The notes below the pieces were generated by a model. It did not search any database. It worked only from the letters and a program-made list of their open reading frames with translations, and had not been told where the DNA came from. From contig NC_086097.1 in assembly GCF_963921235.1 (NCBI RefSeq), positions 187,428,001-187,492,000 of the forward strand: DNA of 64,000 bases, in the 5' to 3' direction. This stretch comes from Mobula hypostoma. Its lineage: Eukaryota. Position numbers and translations under genes: made by a program. Every line of letters starts with the position of its first letter. Position 1 is the first letter of the stretch. This document shows, piece by piece, positions 11,752 through 24,665 of the stretch.

Positions 11752-12548
11752 TAATAATAATAATAAATAAATCAATTACAGTATATGTATAATGAATAGA
11801 CTAAAATCATGCAAAAACAGAAATAATATATATTTAAAAAGTGAGGTAGTGTTCAAGGGTTCAATGTCCATTTAGGAATTGGATAGCAGAGGGGAAGAAG
11901 CTGTTTTTGAATCGTTGAGTTTGTGCCTTCAGGCTTCTGTACCTCCTACCTGATGGTAACAGTGAGAAAAGGGTATACCCTAGATGCTGGAGGTCCTTAA
12001 TAATGGAAACTGCTTTTCTGAGACACCGCTCCCTGAAGATGTCCTGGGTGCTTTGTAGGCTAGTCCCCAAGATGGAACCAACTAAATTTACAACTCTCTG
12101 CAGCTTCTTTCAGTCCTGTGCAGTAGCCCCCCACCCCCATACCAGACAGTGATGCAGCCTTTCAGAATGTTCTCCACAGTACATCTATAGAAGTTTTTGA
12201 GTGTATCTGTTGGCATACCAAATCTCTTCAAACTCCTAATGAAGTACAGTCGCTGCCTTGCCTTCTTTATATCTGCATCAAGATATTGGGACCAGGTTAG
12301 GTCCTCAGAGATCTTGACACCCAGGAACTTGAAACTGCTCACTCTCTCCACTTCTGATCCCTCTATGAGGATTGGTATGTGTTTCTTCGTCTTACCCTTC
12401 CTGAAATCCACAATCAGCTCTTTCGTCTTACTGACATCGAGTGCCAGGTTGTTGCTGCGGCACCATTCCACTAATTGGCATATCTCACTCCTGTACACCC
12501 TCTCATCACCACCTGAGATTCTACCAACAATGGTTGTATCATCAGCAA
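11752..12548 (-). mobile_element. Rex1/Babar-like LINE 3' portion
   Basis: WCRSNNLALDVSKTKELIVDFRK, FKFLGVKI, FSLLPSGRRYRSL; (TTA)n-like tail. Confidence 0.9.
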
Positions 12549-13876
12549 GTATACAAAGTTTAGTATATTATTCATACCATGCTCAACCTTTTGGTTCCTG
12601 ATTTTGCCTGAGGTCTAAACATCTGTCTCCACAACCTCTCCACTAACTGATCTGGCACTCTGGTTACCATCCCCTTGCATTTGGGCTGAAAGAGTAGGGG
12701 GAGATAGCCAGTGTAAAGAAATGAGGGGGGCAATGATGCAGATGAAGGGGAATGGTTGTTTGGTAGAAACAGTCATGTGGGGAAGGGCAGGGTGGAAATT
12801 GCAACAACGGCTTGGAGATGATAAATTAGTAAATTGGTTCACTATTGATACATGTACCAAAATGCAGTCAAAAACTTGTCTTGCATGCCGTCCACATAGA
12901 TTATCTCATGATAACAATGCATTCAGGTAGCATTAGGGAAAACAATAACAGAATGCATAATAGCTACAGTTACTAAGGAAATGCAGTGCAGTGCATTTTC
13001 AGGAAATCTCCACCCCAACTCCTGTACTATAATTGATGAAGCCCTCAGCTACATTTCCTCCACCTGCTACCTCCCAGCCTCTGTTGATAGTCCAACCTTG
13101 CTTCCCCTACCTGACTCTATCGGCCAATCAACTCCTCCTTCACCTATCATTTGCCAACCTTTGCCTCATCCCTCGCACTCACCTCTTTATACTGCTTCCA
13201 CTTTTTCAGTCCAGATGAAGGATCTCACCTCAAAGTATGTATTGTCATTTCCCTTGTACAGAGGCTGGCTGACCCATTGAATTTCTCTAACAGTTCATTT
13301 TTTGCTCATAGTGTTATTTATTTAAGTTCAGCCAATGCAATTTGCTATCTTTTCTACCTCAAAAGGGATATTGATGTGTTAATTTTCAGTGACCTACAAT
13401 TATGTCACTCATTTCATCTCAGACATCTGGGAGCCATCCTAATCAATCTACCTCAAGATTCCTTTGTAATTAAGCTCTGTGTTAATTAGCTTCTCCTTCA
13501 ACATTTTTTTCTAAAAAAAAAGCTTCTATTTCAGTATAGTTACCCATTTTGTGATTCATTGCAGTCCACATTTAGCTCTGAATATTATAATTATATTCAG
13601 GAAATACAAGATGTTATTACGTAAAAGAAACATGATACTGAATATAGTTTTATCACACACTTAAGCTTCTAATCGATCAGAAAACACCTCTTTAACATCA
13701 TTCTTTGTCACTCTTTTTTGTAATGCCACACCTTGAAATATTAGGAAACTCCCACTTGTTTGCTTTTCACTTTATGTACAAAAGTCATACATCATGAGGG
13801 TGAAGGTATTGTGATGAATTCTCCTGATGTATCTCCAATCAAATGTCAGTAACTGTAAATCCTTGTGTGCATACTG

Positions 13877-14260
13877 CATATCTAGTCTACCTGCTGCCTC
13901 ACAGTTCTAGTAATCTGCATTCAATTGTTACTTCCAGTGCTGACTATGTGAAATTTATGCATGCTCTGTGACCACATGGTTTTCCTCTAGATCAGGGTTG
14001 GCCAACCTTTTACATTCTATGCATCATTTTTTTCACGCACAAGTTCAGAAGCGATTTTTTTCATGCACAAGTTCTATATTAACATATACTTACAAAAATT
14101 GAATGGGGGTACAAGAGTTGTATGGCATATCTGAACTCATGAGTATAAAAATTGACGCATGGAATGTAAAAGGTTGGCCACCTCTGCTCTAAATGCTCTA
14201 GTTTCCTTCTACATATGAAGAATGTACAGGCTGGTAGGTTAAATATTCCAGTGCAGGTGA
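13877..14260 (+). mobile_element. HE1-like tRNA-derived SINE, interrupted by a hAT MITE
   Basis: gctgcctcacag...gtgaccacatggttttcctctag|atgctctagtttccttctacat...ggtaggttaa matches the SINE body also seen at 30537 and 50925. Confidence 0.65.
13993..14186. mobile_element. hAT (Charlie-like) MITE, 194 bp
   Basis: About 34-bp TIRs cagggttggccaaccttttacattctatgcatca / tgacgcatggaatgtaaaaggttggccacctctg; 8-bp TSD ctctagat / ctctaaat. Confidence 0.9.
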
Positions 14261-14267
14261 GTCATAA

Positions 14268-14410
14268 CTCCGCCATGGATGGTCTCAAGCCTGGCTGCAG
14301 AAGGAGGAGGATTAAGCAAGGGGCTAGTAACCCCATTCCTTAAAACCCCAAAGCTACAGAAGAACCAACTGAAGTTCCAAAGACCTCATCCCTGGTAGAG
14401 GAAGCATCTC
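14268..14410 (+). mobile_element. RTE-like 5' region fragment
   Basis: aaggaggaggattaagcaaggggctagtaaccccattccttaaaacc resembles the 5' motif of RTE-derived elements; recognised by eye only. Confidence 0.4.
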
Positions 14411-16110
14411 TGTCTAGTAGACATATTAAGTCATAGAACCATAGAACACTACAGCACAGAAAACATGCCATTCGGCCCTTCTAGTCTGTGCGGAAACTTT
14501 ATTCCGCTAGTCCCATTGACCTGCATCCAGTCCGTAACCCTCCAGACCTCTCCCATCCATGTTTCTATCCAATTTATTCTTAAAACTTAAGAGTGAGCCC
14601 GCAATTACCACATCAGGTGGCAGCTCGTTTCACACTCCCACCACTCTTCGAGTGAAGAAATTCCCCCTAATGTTCCCCCTAAACCTTTCACCTTTCACCG
14701 TAAAGCCATGTCCTCTCGTATTTATCTCTCCTAATCTAAGTGGAAAGAGCCTACTCGCATTTACTCTGTCTATACCCCTCATAATTTTGTAAACCTCTAT
14801 CAAATCCCCCCACATTCTTCTACAATCCAAGGAATAAAGTCTTAACCTGTTCAATCTTTCCCTATAACTCAACTCCTGAAGACCAGGCAACTTCCTAGTA
14901 AACCTCTTCTGCACTCTTTCAGTCTTACTGATATCCTTCCTATAGTTAGGTGACCAGAACTTCACACAATACTCCAAATTTGGCCTCACCAATGTCTTAT
15001 ACAACCTCACCATAACATCCCAACTCCTATACTCAATACTTTGATTTATGAATGCCAGGATGCCAAAAGCCTTCTTTACAACCCTGTCTACCTGTGATGT
15101 CACTTTCAGGGAATTATGTATCTGAACTCCCAGATCCCGTTGTTCCTCTGCACTCCTCAGTGCCCTACCATTTACTGTGTATGTCCTACCTTGATTTGTC
15201 CTTCCAAAATGCAACACCTCACACTTGTCTGCATTAAATTCCATCTGCCATTTTCTGGCCTATTTTTCCAGTTGGTCCAGATCCCTCTTCAAGCTTTGAA
15301 AGCTTTCCTCGCTCTCCATAACGCCTCCAGTCTTAGTGTCATCAACAAACTTGCTGATCCAATTTACCACATTATCATCTAGATCATTGATATAGACAAC
15401 AAACAATGGTCCCAGCACAGATCCCTGAGTTACATCACTAGTCGCAGGCCTCCAGTCTGAGAAGCAATCATCCACTACCACTCTCTGTCTTCTCCCACAC
15501 AGCCAATTTCGAATCCAGTTTACAACCTCTCCATGGATAACTAGTGTCTGAACCTTCTAAACTAACCTCCCATATGGGACCTTGTCAAAGGCCTTACTAA
15601 AATCCATGTAGACAATATCCACAGCCTTTCCTTCATCTACTTTCTTGGTAACGTTCTCGAAAAACTCTACAAGTTTCGTTAAACACGATCTACCATACAC
15701 AAAGCCATGCTGACTATCCTTAATCAGCCCTTGGCTGTCCAAATACTTGTATATCTGATCTCTCAGAATACCTTCCAATAACTTATCTACTACTAATGTC
15801 AGGCTCATCGGCCTGTAATTACCTGGTTTATTTTTGGAGCCTTTTTTAAACAACGGAATAACATGAGCTACCCTCCAATTCTCCGGCACCGCACCTGTGG
15901 TTAAGGACATTTTAAATATTTCTGCCAGAGCCACTACAATTTCTACACTAGTCTCTCTCAATGTCTGAGGAAATATCATGTCAGCCCTGAGGGATGTATC
16001 TACCTTTATTTGCTGCAAGGCAGCAAGCACCTCCTCCTCTTTAATCTCTATATGTTCCATGACACTACTGCTTGTTTCCCTTCCTTCCATATATGCTATG
16101 CCAGTTCCCT

Positions 16111-17918
16111 GATATCCTCCGCTTTATTTTCACCATGGATGTCCAGTCCCTATATACTTCCGTCCCCCATCAGGGAGGTCTCAAAGCTCTTTTTGGATTC
16201 TAGACCTAATCAGTTCTCCTCTACCACCACTCTACTCCGTCTAGTGGAATTAGTCCTTACTCTTAATAATTTCTCCTTTGGCTCCTCCCACTTCCTCCAA
16301 ACTAAAGGTGTAGCTATGGGCACCCACATGGGTCCGAGCTATGCCTGCCTTTTTGTTGGCTTTGTGGAACAATCTATGTTCCGTACCTATTCTGGTATCT
16401 GTCCCCCACTTTTCCTTTGCTACATCGATGACTGCATTGGCACTGCTTCCTGCACGCATGCTGAGCTCGTTGCCTTTATTAACTTTGCCTCCAACTTTCA
16501 CCCCGCCCTCAAGTTTACCTGGTCCATTTCTGACACCTCCCTCCCCTTTCTACATCTTTCTGTCTCTATCTCTGGAGACAGCTTATCTACTGATGTCTAC
16601 TATAAGCCTACTGACTCTCACAGCTATCTGGACTATTCCTCTTCTCACCCTGTCTCTTACAAAAATGCCATCCCCTTCTCGCAGTTCCTCCGTCTCCGCC
16701 GCATCTGCTCTCAGTATGAGGCTTTTCATTCCAGGAGAAGGGAGATGTCCACCTTTTTTACAGAAAGGGGCTTCCCTTCCTCCACCATCAACTCTGCTCT
16801 CAAACGCATCTCCCCCATTTCACGCACATCTGCTCTCACTCCATCCTCCCGCCACCCCACTAGGAATAGGGTTCACCTGGTCCTCACCTACCACCCCACC
16901 AGCCTCTGGGTCCAACATATTATTCTCCGTAACTTCCGCCACCTCCAACGGGATCCCACTACAAAGCACATCCTTCCCTCCCCCACTCTCTGCTTTCCGT
17001 AAGGATCGCTCCCTACGCGACTCCCTTGTCCATTGGTTCCCCTCCCCCATCCCTCCCCACTGATCTCCCTCCTGGCACTTATCCTTGTTAGCAGAACAAG
17101 TGCTACACATGCCCTTACATTTCCTCCCTCACCACCATTCAGGGCCCCAGACAATCCTTCCAGGTGAGGCGACACTTCACCCGTGAGTCTGCTGGGGTGA
17201 TATACTGCGTCCGGTGTTCCCGATGTGGCCTTCTGTGGCGAGACCCGACACAGACTGGGAGATTGTTTTGCTGAACACCTACGCTCTGTCCGCCAGAGAA
17301 AGCAAGATCTCCCAGTGGCCACACATTTTAATTCCACATCCCATTCCCATTCTGACATGTCTATCCACGGCCTCCTCTACTGTAAAGATGAAGCCACACT
17401 CAGGTTGGAGGAACAGCACCTTATATTCCATCTGGGTAGCCTCCAACCTGATGGCATGAACATTGACTTCTCTAACTTCCGCTAATGCCTCACCTCCCCC
17501 TCGTACCCCATCTGTTATTTACATACACACATTCTTTCTCTCACTCTCCTTTTTCTCCCTCTGTCCCTCTGACTATACCCCTTGCCCATCCTCTGGGCTT
17601 TCGCCCCCTCCCTCCCTTTTCCTTCTCCCTGGACCTCCTGTCCCATGATCCTCTCATACTCCTTTTGCCAATCACCTGTCCAGCTCTTGGCTTCATCCCT
17701 CCCCCTCCTGTCTTCTCCTATCATTTTGGATCTCCTCCTTCCCCTCCCACTTTGAAATCTCTTACTAGCTCTTCCTTCAGTTAGTCCTGACGAAGGTTCT
17801 CGGCCTGAAACGTCGACTGTACCTCTTCCTAGAGATGCTGCCTGGCCTGCTGAGTTCACCAGCAACTTTTATGTGTGATACTTGAATTTCCAGCATCTGC
17901 AGAATTCCTCGTGTTTGT
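16111..17918 (+). mobile_element. Penelope-like retroelement (Poseidon-type), 5'-truncated: RT, GIY-YIG, pLTR
   Basis: RT NNFSFGSSHFLQTKGVAMGTHMGPSYA...YIDD; GIY-YIG remnant GVIYCVRC...GETRHRLGDCFAEH; pLTR with hammerhead; gttccct at both junctions (16104-16110, 17919-17925). Confidence 0.95.
17783..17818 (+). ncRNA. Minimal type I hammerhead ribozyme motif in Penelope pLTR
   Basis: agtc-CTGACGA-agg(ttctcgg)cct-GAAA-cGTC-gact: helix I agtc/gact, core CUGANGA and GAAA, helix II agg/cct, palindromic ACGT helix III, GUC cleavage triplet. Confidence 0.8.
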
Positions 17919-20897
17919 GTTCCCTATGCCTGTTAACTTTGCCTTTAATCCTGGCAGGAACATTGCAAACTCTGCACTCTCAAAATTTCGCCTTTGAATG
18001 CCTTCCACATACTGAACACATCCTTGCCAGAAAACAACTTATCCCAATCCACTCTTCCTAGATCCTTTCTCATTTCCACAAAATTGGCCCTTCTCCAATT
18101 TAGAACCTCAGCTGGAGGACCAGACCTATCCTTATCCTTAATTAACTTGAAACTAATGACATTATGGTCACTGGACCCAAAATGTTGGCCTACACATACT
18201 TTTGTCACTGGACCTGTCAGGTTCCCTCATAGGAGTTCAAGTGTTGCATCCTCTGTCATAGCTACCTCTATATATTGATTTAGAAAGGTTTCCTGAACAC
18301 ACTTGACAAACTCCAAGCCATCTAGCCCTTTCACAGTGTGGGAATCGCAGTCAATATGTGGAAAGTTAAAATCCCCTTCTATTACAACTTTCTGTTTCTT
18401 ACATCGGTCTGCTATCTCTCTACAGATTTGCTCCTCCAATTCTCTCTGACTGTTGGGCAGTCTATAATACAACCCTATTAGTGTGGTCACACATTTCCCA
18501 TTCCTCAGCTCTACCCATATGACCTCTGTAGACAAGCCCTCTGGACTGTCCTGTCTACGCACAGCTGTGATATTCTCCATGACTAGTAATGCCACTCCTC
18601 CCCTATCATCCCTCCACCTCTATCACGTCTGAAACAACGGAACCCCGGAACATTAAACTGCCAGTCCTGCCCCTCCTGCAACCAAGTCTCACTAATAGCA
18701 ATAATGTCGTAATCTCACGTGTCAATCCACATCCTAAGCTCCTCTGCCTTACCTACAATACTCCTTGTATTGAAATAGATGCACCTGTGAACATTTCTAT
18801 CACATACAAACCTTTGATTTCTGTCTATACATGCAGTCCTCACATGACCTTTATCCTCCTCCACCTCATTATCTGCTCTAACACTCTAGTTCCCCTCCCC
18901 CTGCAAATATAATTTAAACCCCCCCAGAGCAGTACTAGTAAATCTACCCATAAGGATGTTAGTCCCCCTCCAGTTGAGGTGCAAACCATCCCGTCGGAAT
19001 AGGTCCCACCTTCCCTGGAACAAGTCCCAGTTGTCCAGAAACATGAAGATCTCCCTCCTGCACCAACTCCTTAGCCACATATTTAGCTGCATTATCTTCC
19101 TGTTTCTAGCCTCACTAGCACGTGGCACGGGTAGCAATCCTGAGATTGCAACCCTGGAGGTCCTGTCCTTCAACTTTGCACCTAACTCCCTAAACTCTCT
19201 TTGCAGAACCTCCTCCTCCTTCCTATCCACGTCATTGGTCCCTACATGGACCACGACATCTGGCTGCTCACCCTCCCTCCTGAGAATACTGAAAACTTGA
19301 TCCAAGATATCATGGACCCTGGCACCCAGAGAGGCAATAGACCATCCGGTGAAGGGCCTGTTCAGCACTGTATCTCTAAATAAATAACTACATCAAAAGT
19401 CACTTGAGTACTGTAGCCTGAGTGCTGCTATGGAATCACACTGAGTCGTCATGCGAGCTTGACTTACTGCCATCACAGTTCTGGGTTACAGTGTGGAATG
19501 GCACTTGCAGAGCACAGTAAGTAATACATCATTCTATACCTCCACAGGCTACTGGGATTGCTTCATGGCATTAGCTGGTGAGACATGAATTGCCATCCTC
19601 TCCTGTCCTCCAGCCTCTACCACACTGCCACTGCCTTTGCTGTTACCATTGCCTGTCAGAAAATCAGCCCAGATAAATTCTAAGGTGTAGTTACCAGCAT
19701 AGGTGCAGACCCAGTGTTGCTGATGGTCATTCTTCAGGGCTATCTATTCCTCTATTGAAAGCTGGCAATCATTTAACAGGCATGCTACTGCGCTGTGTGT
19801 GAGTACAAGAAAAGACATAGATAAGTAAGAATTGAAAGAATATGCATGGGTAATTGGCTGAACTTTATGGACAGTATTGGCATGTATTTATTTATGAATT
19901 TGTGGTGCCTTTGTTTTTGTAGTGAGATGAAGAAGAGAATGCGATGGCCAGTCACAAATGGAAGGTACGATGTGGGACATCGTTGCATCAGGGATTGGGG
20001 TTGGATTTACCTGTATTGCTGCCAGAGAAAATTTTCACACACACAGCCCAGTTAGTAAAGTTTGGCAAGGCTGTCTCCTGTTTTCCTTCACTTCCTCCTC
20101 ATTCTCTCACTCCTGAACTGCTCATCACACTGCTGACAACAAAGCTATCATCTCAAGGAGATAAGGTGACACAGTGGCAATGGACCACCATGGATCATAT
20201 CTACTCTGCCAAGCACTGCAATTCTTCTCGACATTACTCCAAGTAATGGAAGCTCTGTTCTAGAGTGCCTAATGCATGACAGAGTAGATGTCATGATTCA
20301 TGGTGGTCTATTGCTGGCATCATCATCTTATCTTGTCATCTGCTATGTGGTACTTTGAATCTTGCCATCAGTTATGTGGTAAGCAATAAAGAACAAGAGC
20401 ATGTTTGCTTAATTACATTTCATGTGGGATCCTGGATTTTACTGTGTTTTTCCAACAGACTTATCAGGTGATGAACTTTGCCACTCACTAACTACCAGTT
20501 GAATTGATAGGTGGTTTAAATGCAATAGGTACAGTGCTTGAATGAAGGAATCACTGATGCATCTCCTTTGATTTTTATCTCATTTATAAATTTATACATT
20601 TTTCAGATTCTGGAAATCACTGGCAAAACCAATATATTTCATCTATCTTTCATTCTCCTTGAGAAACTGCCTTCTTGAACCAATGAAATGAATCTAATGA
20701 AAGTATTCTCATGATGCTTTTGGATAGAGAAAGTGTCTTGAGCCTCCTTCTCTACTCCTCATGCACTCACAACCACGTGTCCAGATTCTGCACTAATTCC
20801 ATCTACAAGTTTGCAAATGATAACATCATATTGGGCCATATCTCAAATAGTACTGTGTCAGAGTACAGAAAGGAGACAGACAGCTTGTTGACATGGG

Positions 20898-23800
20898 ATC
20901 AAGGCATGACTGCGCAGGCACGTGGACGTCAGCAAGTTAGACTGGTGGGAAGAATTTAAAAAGAAGACAGCTTTATAGAGCGGGTGCCAGAATGGAGTGA
21001 GTCAGAATGGGCTTTGGGTCAACGGGGCTTCGGCGATAATGGATGGAGGCGGGGTAAGTTACTTGTTAAAAAAGTGTTCTGTACTGGGTGCCAGATGTGG
21101 GACATCTGGGAGACACTCAGCCTCCTGGACAGCCACATCTGTGCCAGGTGCGTCAAGCTGCAGCTCCTTAGGGATTGGGTTAGGGAACTGGAGATGCAGA
21201 TCAATGACCGTCTGGTGAGGAGATGATAGAAAGAAGCTACAGGCAAGTAGTCACACCGGGGCCTCGTGAGACAGATAAGTGGATAACAGTCAGAAGAGGG
21301 AAGGGCAACAGTCAGATACTAGAGATATACCCCTGTGGCCTGTCCCTGTTTGAGTACTGTTGGTGGGGAACAGCCTACCTGGGGGAAGCAACAGCGGCCA
21401 CGCCTCTGGCACAGAATGTGGCTCAGAAAGGTAGGGGAAGGAAGAAGGCAGCAATGATAGGGGACTCTATAGTTAGGGAGTCAGACAGGGGACTCTGTGG
21501 ACTCAGGAGAGAAACATGGATGGTAGTTTGCCTCCCAGGTGCCAGGATCCAGAATGTTTCTGATTGCATCCACAATATCCTGAAGTGGGAAGATGAACAA
21601 TCAGAGGTTGTGGTACATATTGGTACCAACGACATAGGTAGGAAAAGGGAGGAGGTCTTGAAAACAGACTACAGGAAGTTAGAAAGGAAGTTGAGAAGCA
21701 GGACCTCAAAGGTAGTAATCTCAGGATCACTGCCTGTGCCACGTGACAGTGAGTATAGGAATAGAGTGAGGTGGAGGATAAAAGCACGGCTGAGTGATTG
21801 GAGGAAGGGGCAGAGATTCAGATTTCTGGATCATTGAGACCTCTTTTGAGGCAGGCACGACCTGTATAAAAAGGATGGGTTGCACTTGAATCCCAGGAGG
21901 ACCAACATCCTGGCAGGGGGAGAGTTTAAACTAGAATTGCTGAGCGGTGTGAACTGAACTGAAGAGACAGAGGAAGGGGCAATTGGCTCACAAATAGAGA
22001 AAGCTTGGAGACAGTGCGAGAGGGAGGATAGGCAGGTGATAGAGAAGATCAATGGTTTGAGATGTGTCTATTTTAATGCAAGAAGCATCATAAACAAAGC
22101 ACATGAGCTTAGAGCGTGGATCAGTACTTGGAACTATGATGTTGTGGGCATTACAGAAATTTGGATGGCTCAGTGGCAGGAATGGTTATTTCAAGTGCCA
22201 GGGAGACAGATTCTGGAAAGGTGTAATAATAACAGGGTTGTCGTGGTGGGAGATTTTAATTTCCCAAATATTGATTGGCATCTCCCGAGAGCAAGAGGTT
22301 TAGATGGTGTGGAGTTTGTTAGGTGTGTTCAGGAAGGTTTCCTGACATAATATATAAATGAGTCTACAAGAGGAGAGGCTGTACTTGATCTGGTATTGGG
22401 AAATGAACCTAGTCAGGTGTCAGATCTCTCAGTGGGAGAGCATTTTGGAGATACGAATCACAATTCTATCTCCTTTACCATAGCATTGGAGAGAGAAAGG
22501 AACAGATAAGTTAGGAAAGCATTTAATTGGAGTAAGGGGAAATATGAAGCTATCAGGCAGGAACATGGAAGCATAAATTGGGAACAGATGTTCTCAGGGA
22601 AATGTATGGCAGAAATATGGCAAATGTTCAGGGGATATTTGAGTATCATTCTCCATAGGTATATTCCAATGAGACAGGGAAAGAATGGCAGGGTTCAGGA
22701 ACCATAGTATACAAAGACTGTTGTAAATCTAGTCAAGAAGAAAAGCTAACAAAAAACCAGGTAGTGATGGAGATCTAGAAGATTATAAAGCTAACAGGAA
22801 GGAGCTTAAGAATGAAATTAGGAGTCCCAGAAGGGGCCATTAGAAGGCCTTGGTGAGCAGGATTAACAAAACCCCAATGCATTCTACAAATATGTGAAGA
22901 GCAAGAGGATAAGACATGAGAGAATCAGACCTATCAAGTGTGACAGTGGAAAAGTGTGTATGGAACCGGAGGAGATAGTGGAGGTACTTAATGAATACTT
23001 CGCTTCAGTATTCACTACGGAAAAGATCTTAGCGGTTGTAGGGATGACTTATAGTGGATTAATAAGCTTGAGAATATAGACATTAAGAAAGAGGATGTGC
23101 TGGAGCTTTTGGAAAGCATCAAGTTGGATAAGTCTCCAGGATCTGATGAGATGTACCCCAGGCTACTGTGGGAGGTGAGAGAAGAGATTGCTGAGCCTCT
23201 GGCAATGATCTTTGTATCAACAACGGGGACAGGAGAGGATCGGGAGGATTGGAGGATTACAGATGTTGTTCCCTTATTCAAGAAAGGGAGTAGAGATAGC
23301 CCAGGAAATTATAGTCGTAAGTCGTACTTCAGTGGTTGGTAAGTTAATGGAAAAGGTCCTGAGAGGCAGGATTTATGAACATATGGAGAGGCACAATATG
23401 ATTAGGAATAGTCAGCATGGCTTTGTCAAAGGCAGGTCATGACTTACGAGCCTGATTGAATTTTTGAGGATGTGACTAAACACGTTAATGAAGGTAGAGC
23501 AGTGGATGTAGTGTATATAGATTTCAGCAAGGCATTTGATAAGGCACGTAATGCAAGGATTATTGAGAAAGTAAGGAGGCATGGGATCGTTGGGGACCTT
23601 GCTTTGTGGATCCAGAATTTTCTTGCCCAGTGGTTGTAGACGGGTCATATTCTGCATGGAGGTCGGTGACCAGTGGTGTGCCTCAGGGATCTGTTCTGGG
23701 ACTCCTTCTCTTTGTAATTTTTATAACTGACCTGGATGAGGAAGTGGAGGGACAGGTTAGTATATTCACTGATGACACAAAGGTTGGGGGTGTTGTGGAT

Positions 23801-24665
23801 GGTGTGGAGGGCTGTCAGAGGTTACAGCGGGACATTGATAGGATGCAAAACTGGGCTAAGAAGTGGCAGATGGAGTTCAACCCAGATATGTGTGGGGTGG
23901 TTCATTTTTGGTAGGTCAAATATGATGGCAGAATATTGTATTAATGGCAAGACTCTTGGCAGTGTGGAGGATCAGGTCTGAGGCCATAGTACACTCAAAG
24001 CTGCTGCGCAGGTTGACTATGTGGTTAAGAAGGCATACAGTGCATTGGCCTTCATCAACCGTGGGACTGAGTTCAAGAGCTGAGAGGTAATGTTACAGCT
24101 ATATAGGACCTCGGTCAGACCCCACTTGGAGTACTGGTCACTTCACTACAGGAAAGATGTGGAAACTATAGAAAGGGTGCAGAGGAGAGTTAAAAGAATG
24201 TTGCCTGGATTGGAGAGCATGCTCTATGAGGATAGGTTGAGTGAACTTGGCCTTTTCTCCTTGGAGCGACGGAAGATGAGAGGTGACCTGATAGAGTAGG
24301 GGTGCATAAGATGATGAGAGGCATTGATCGTGTGGATAATCAGAGGCTTTTTCCCAGGGCTGAAATTGCTAACATGAGAGGGCACAGTTTTAAGGTGCCT
24401 GGAAGTCGGTACAGAAGAGATGTCATGGGTAAGTTTTTTACGCAGAGAGTGGTGAGTGCGTAGAATGGGCTGCCAGCAACGGTAGTGGAGGTGGATGCTA
24501 CAAGGTTTTTTAACAGACTCCTGGATAGGTACGTGGAGCTTAGAACAATGGAGGGCTATGGGTAACCCGAGGTAATTTCTAAAGTAAGTACATGTTCAGT
24601 ACAGCATTGTGGGCCGAAGGGCCTGTATTGTGGTGTAGGTTTTCAATGCTTCTCTGTTTCTATGT
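20898..24665 (+). mobile_element. Near full-length CR1 LINE with 5' UTR, ORF1 (zinc finger, coiled coil, SGNH esterase) and ORF2 (APE-RT); decayed
   Basis: CTGCQMW...HICARC, IGDSIVR, VHIGTND; YFNARSI, GDFNFPNIDW, GVPQGSVLG, FTDDTK; tttctatg-type tail. Confidence 0.95.
20911..20931 (+). promoter_or_regulatory. Putative CR1 internal promoter motif cluster
   Basis: tgcgcaggca (NRF1-like), E-box CACGTG at 20919-20924, CRE-like GACGTCA at 20925-20931, about 15 bp from the CR1 5' end. Confidence 0.45.

Larger units (their letters stand above)
14432..19348 (-). mobile_element. CR1 LINE (ORF1 esterase part, APE, RT, 3' tail), interrupted by Penelope
   Basis: ORF1 VVVHVGTND...DGLHLN (18886-19368); APE GDFNFPHID; RT YMDFSKAFDKV, QGSVLGP, FVDD; tail catagaaccatagaa. 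Confidence 0.95.

Noticed and set aside
19360..20700. Non-repetitive-looking stretch with several short ORFs
   Set aside because: No recognisable domain or consistent splice pattern; may be ancient repeat or non-coding DNA.
18886..21837. SGNH/GDSL esterase-like ORFs as host lipase genes
   Set aside because: They lie directly upstream of APE-RT ORFs in CR1 elements; esterase-bearing ORF1 is an established CR1 feature.
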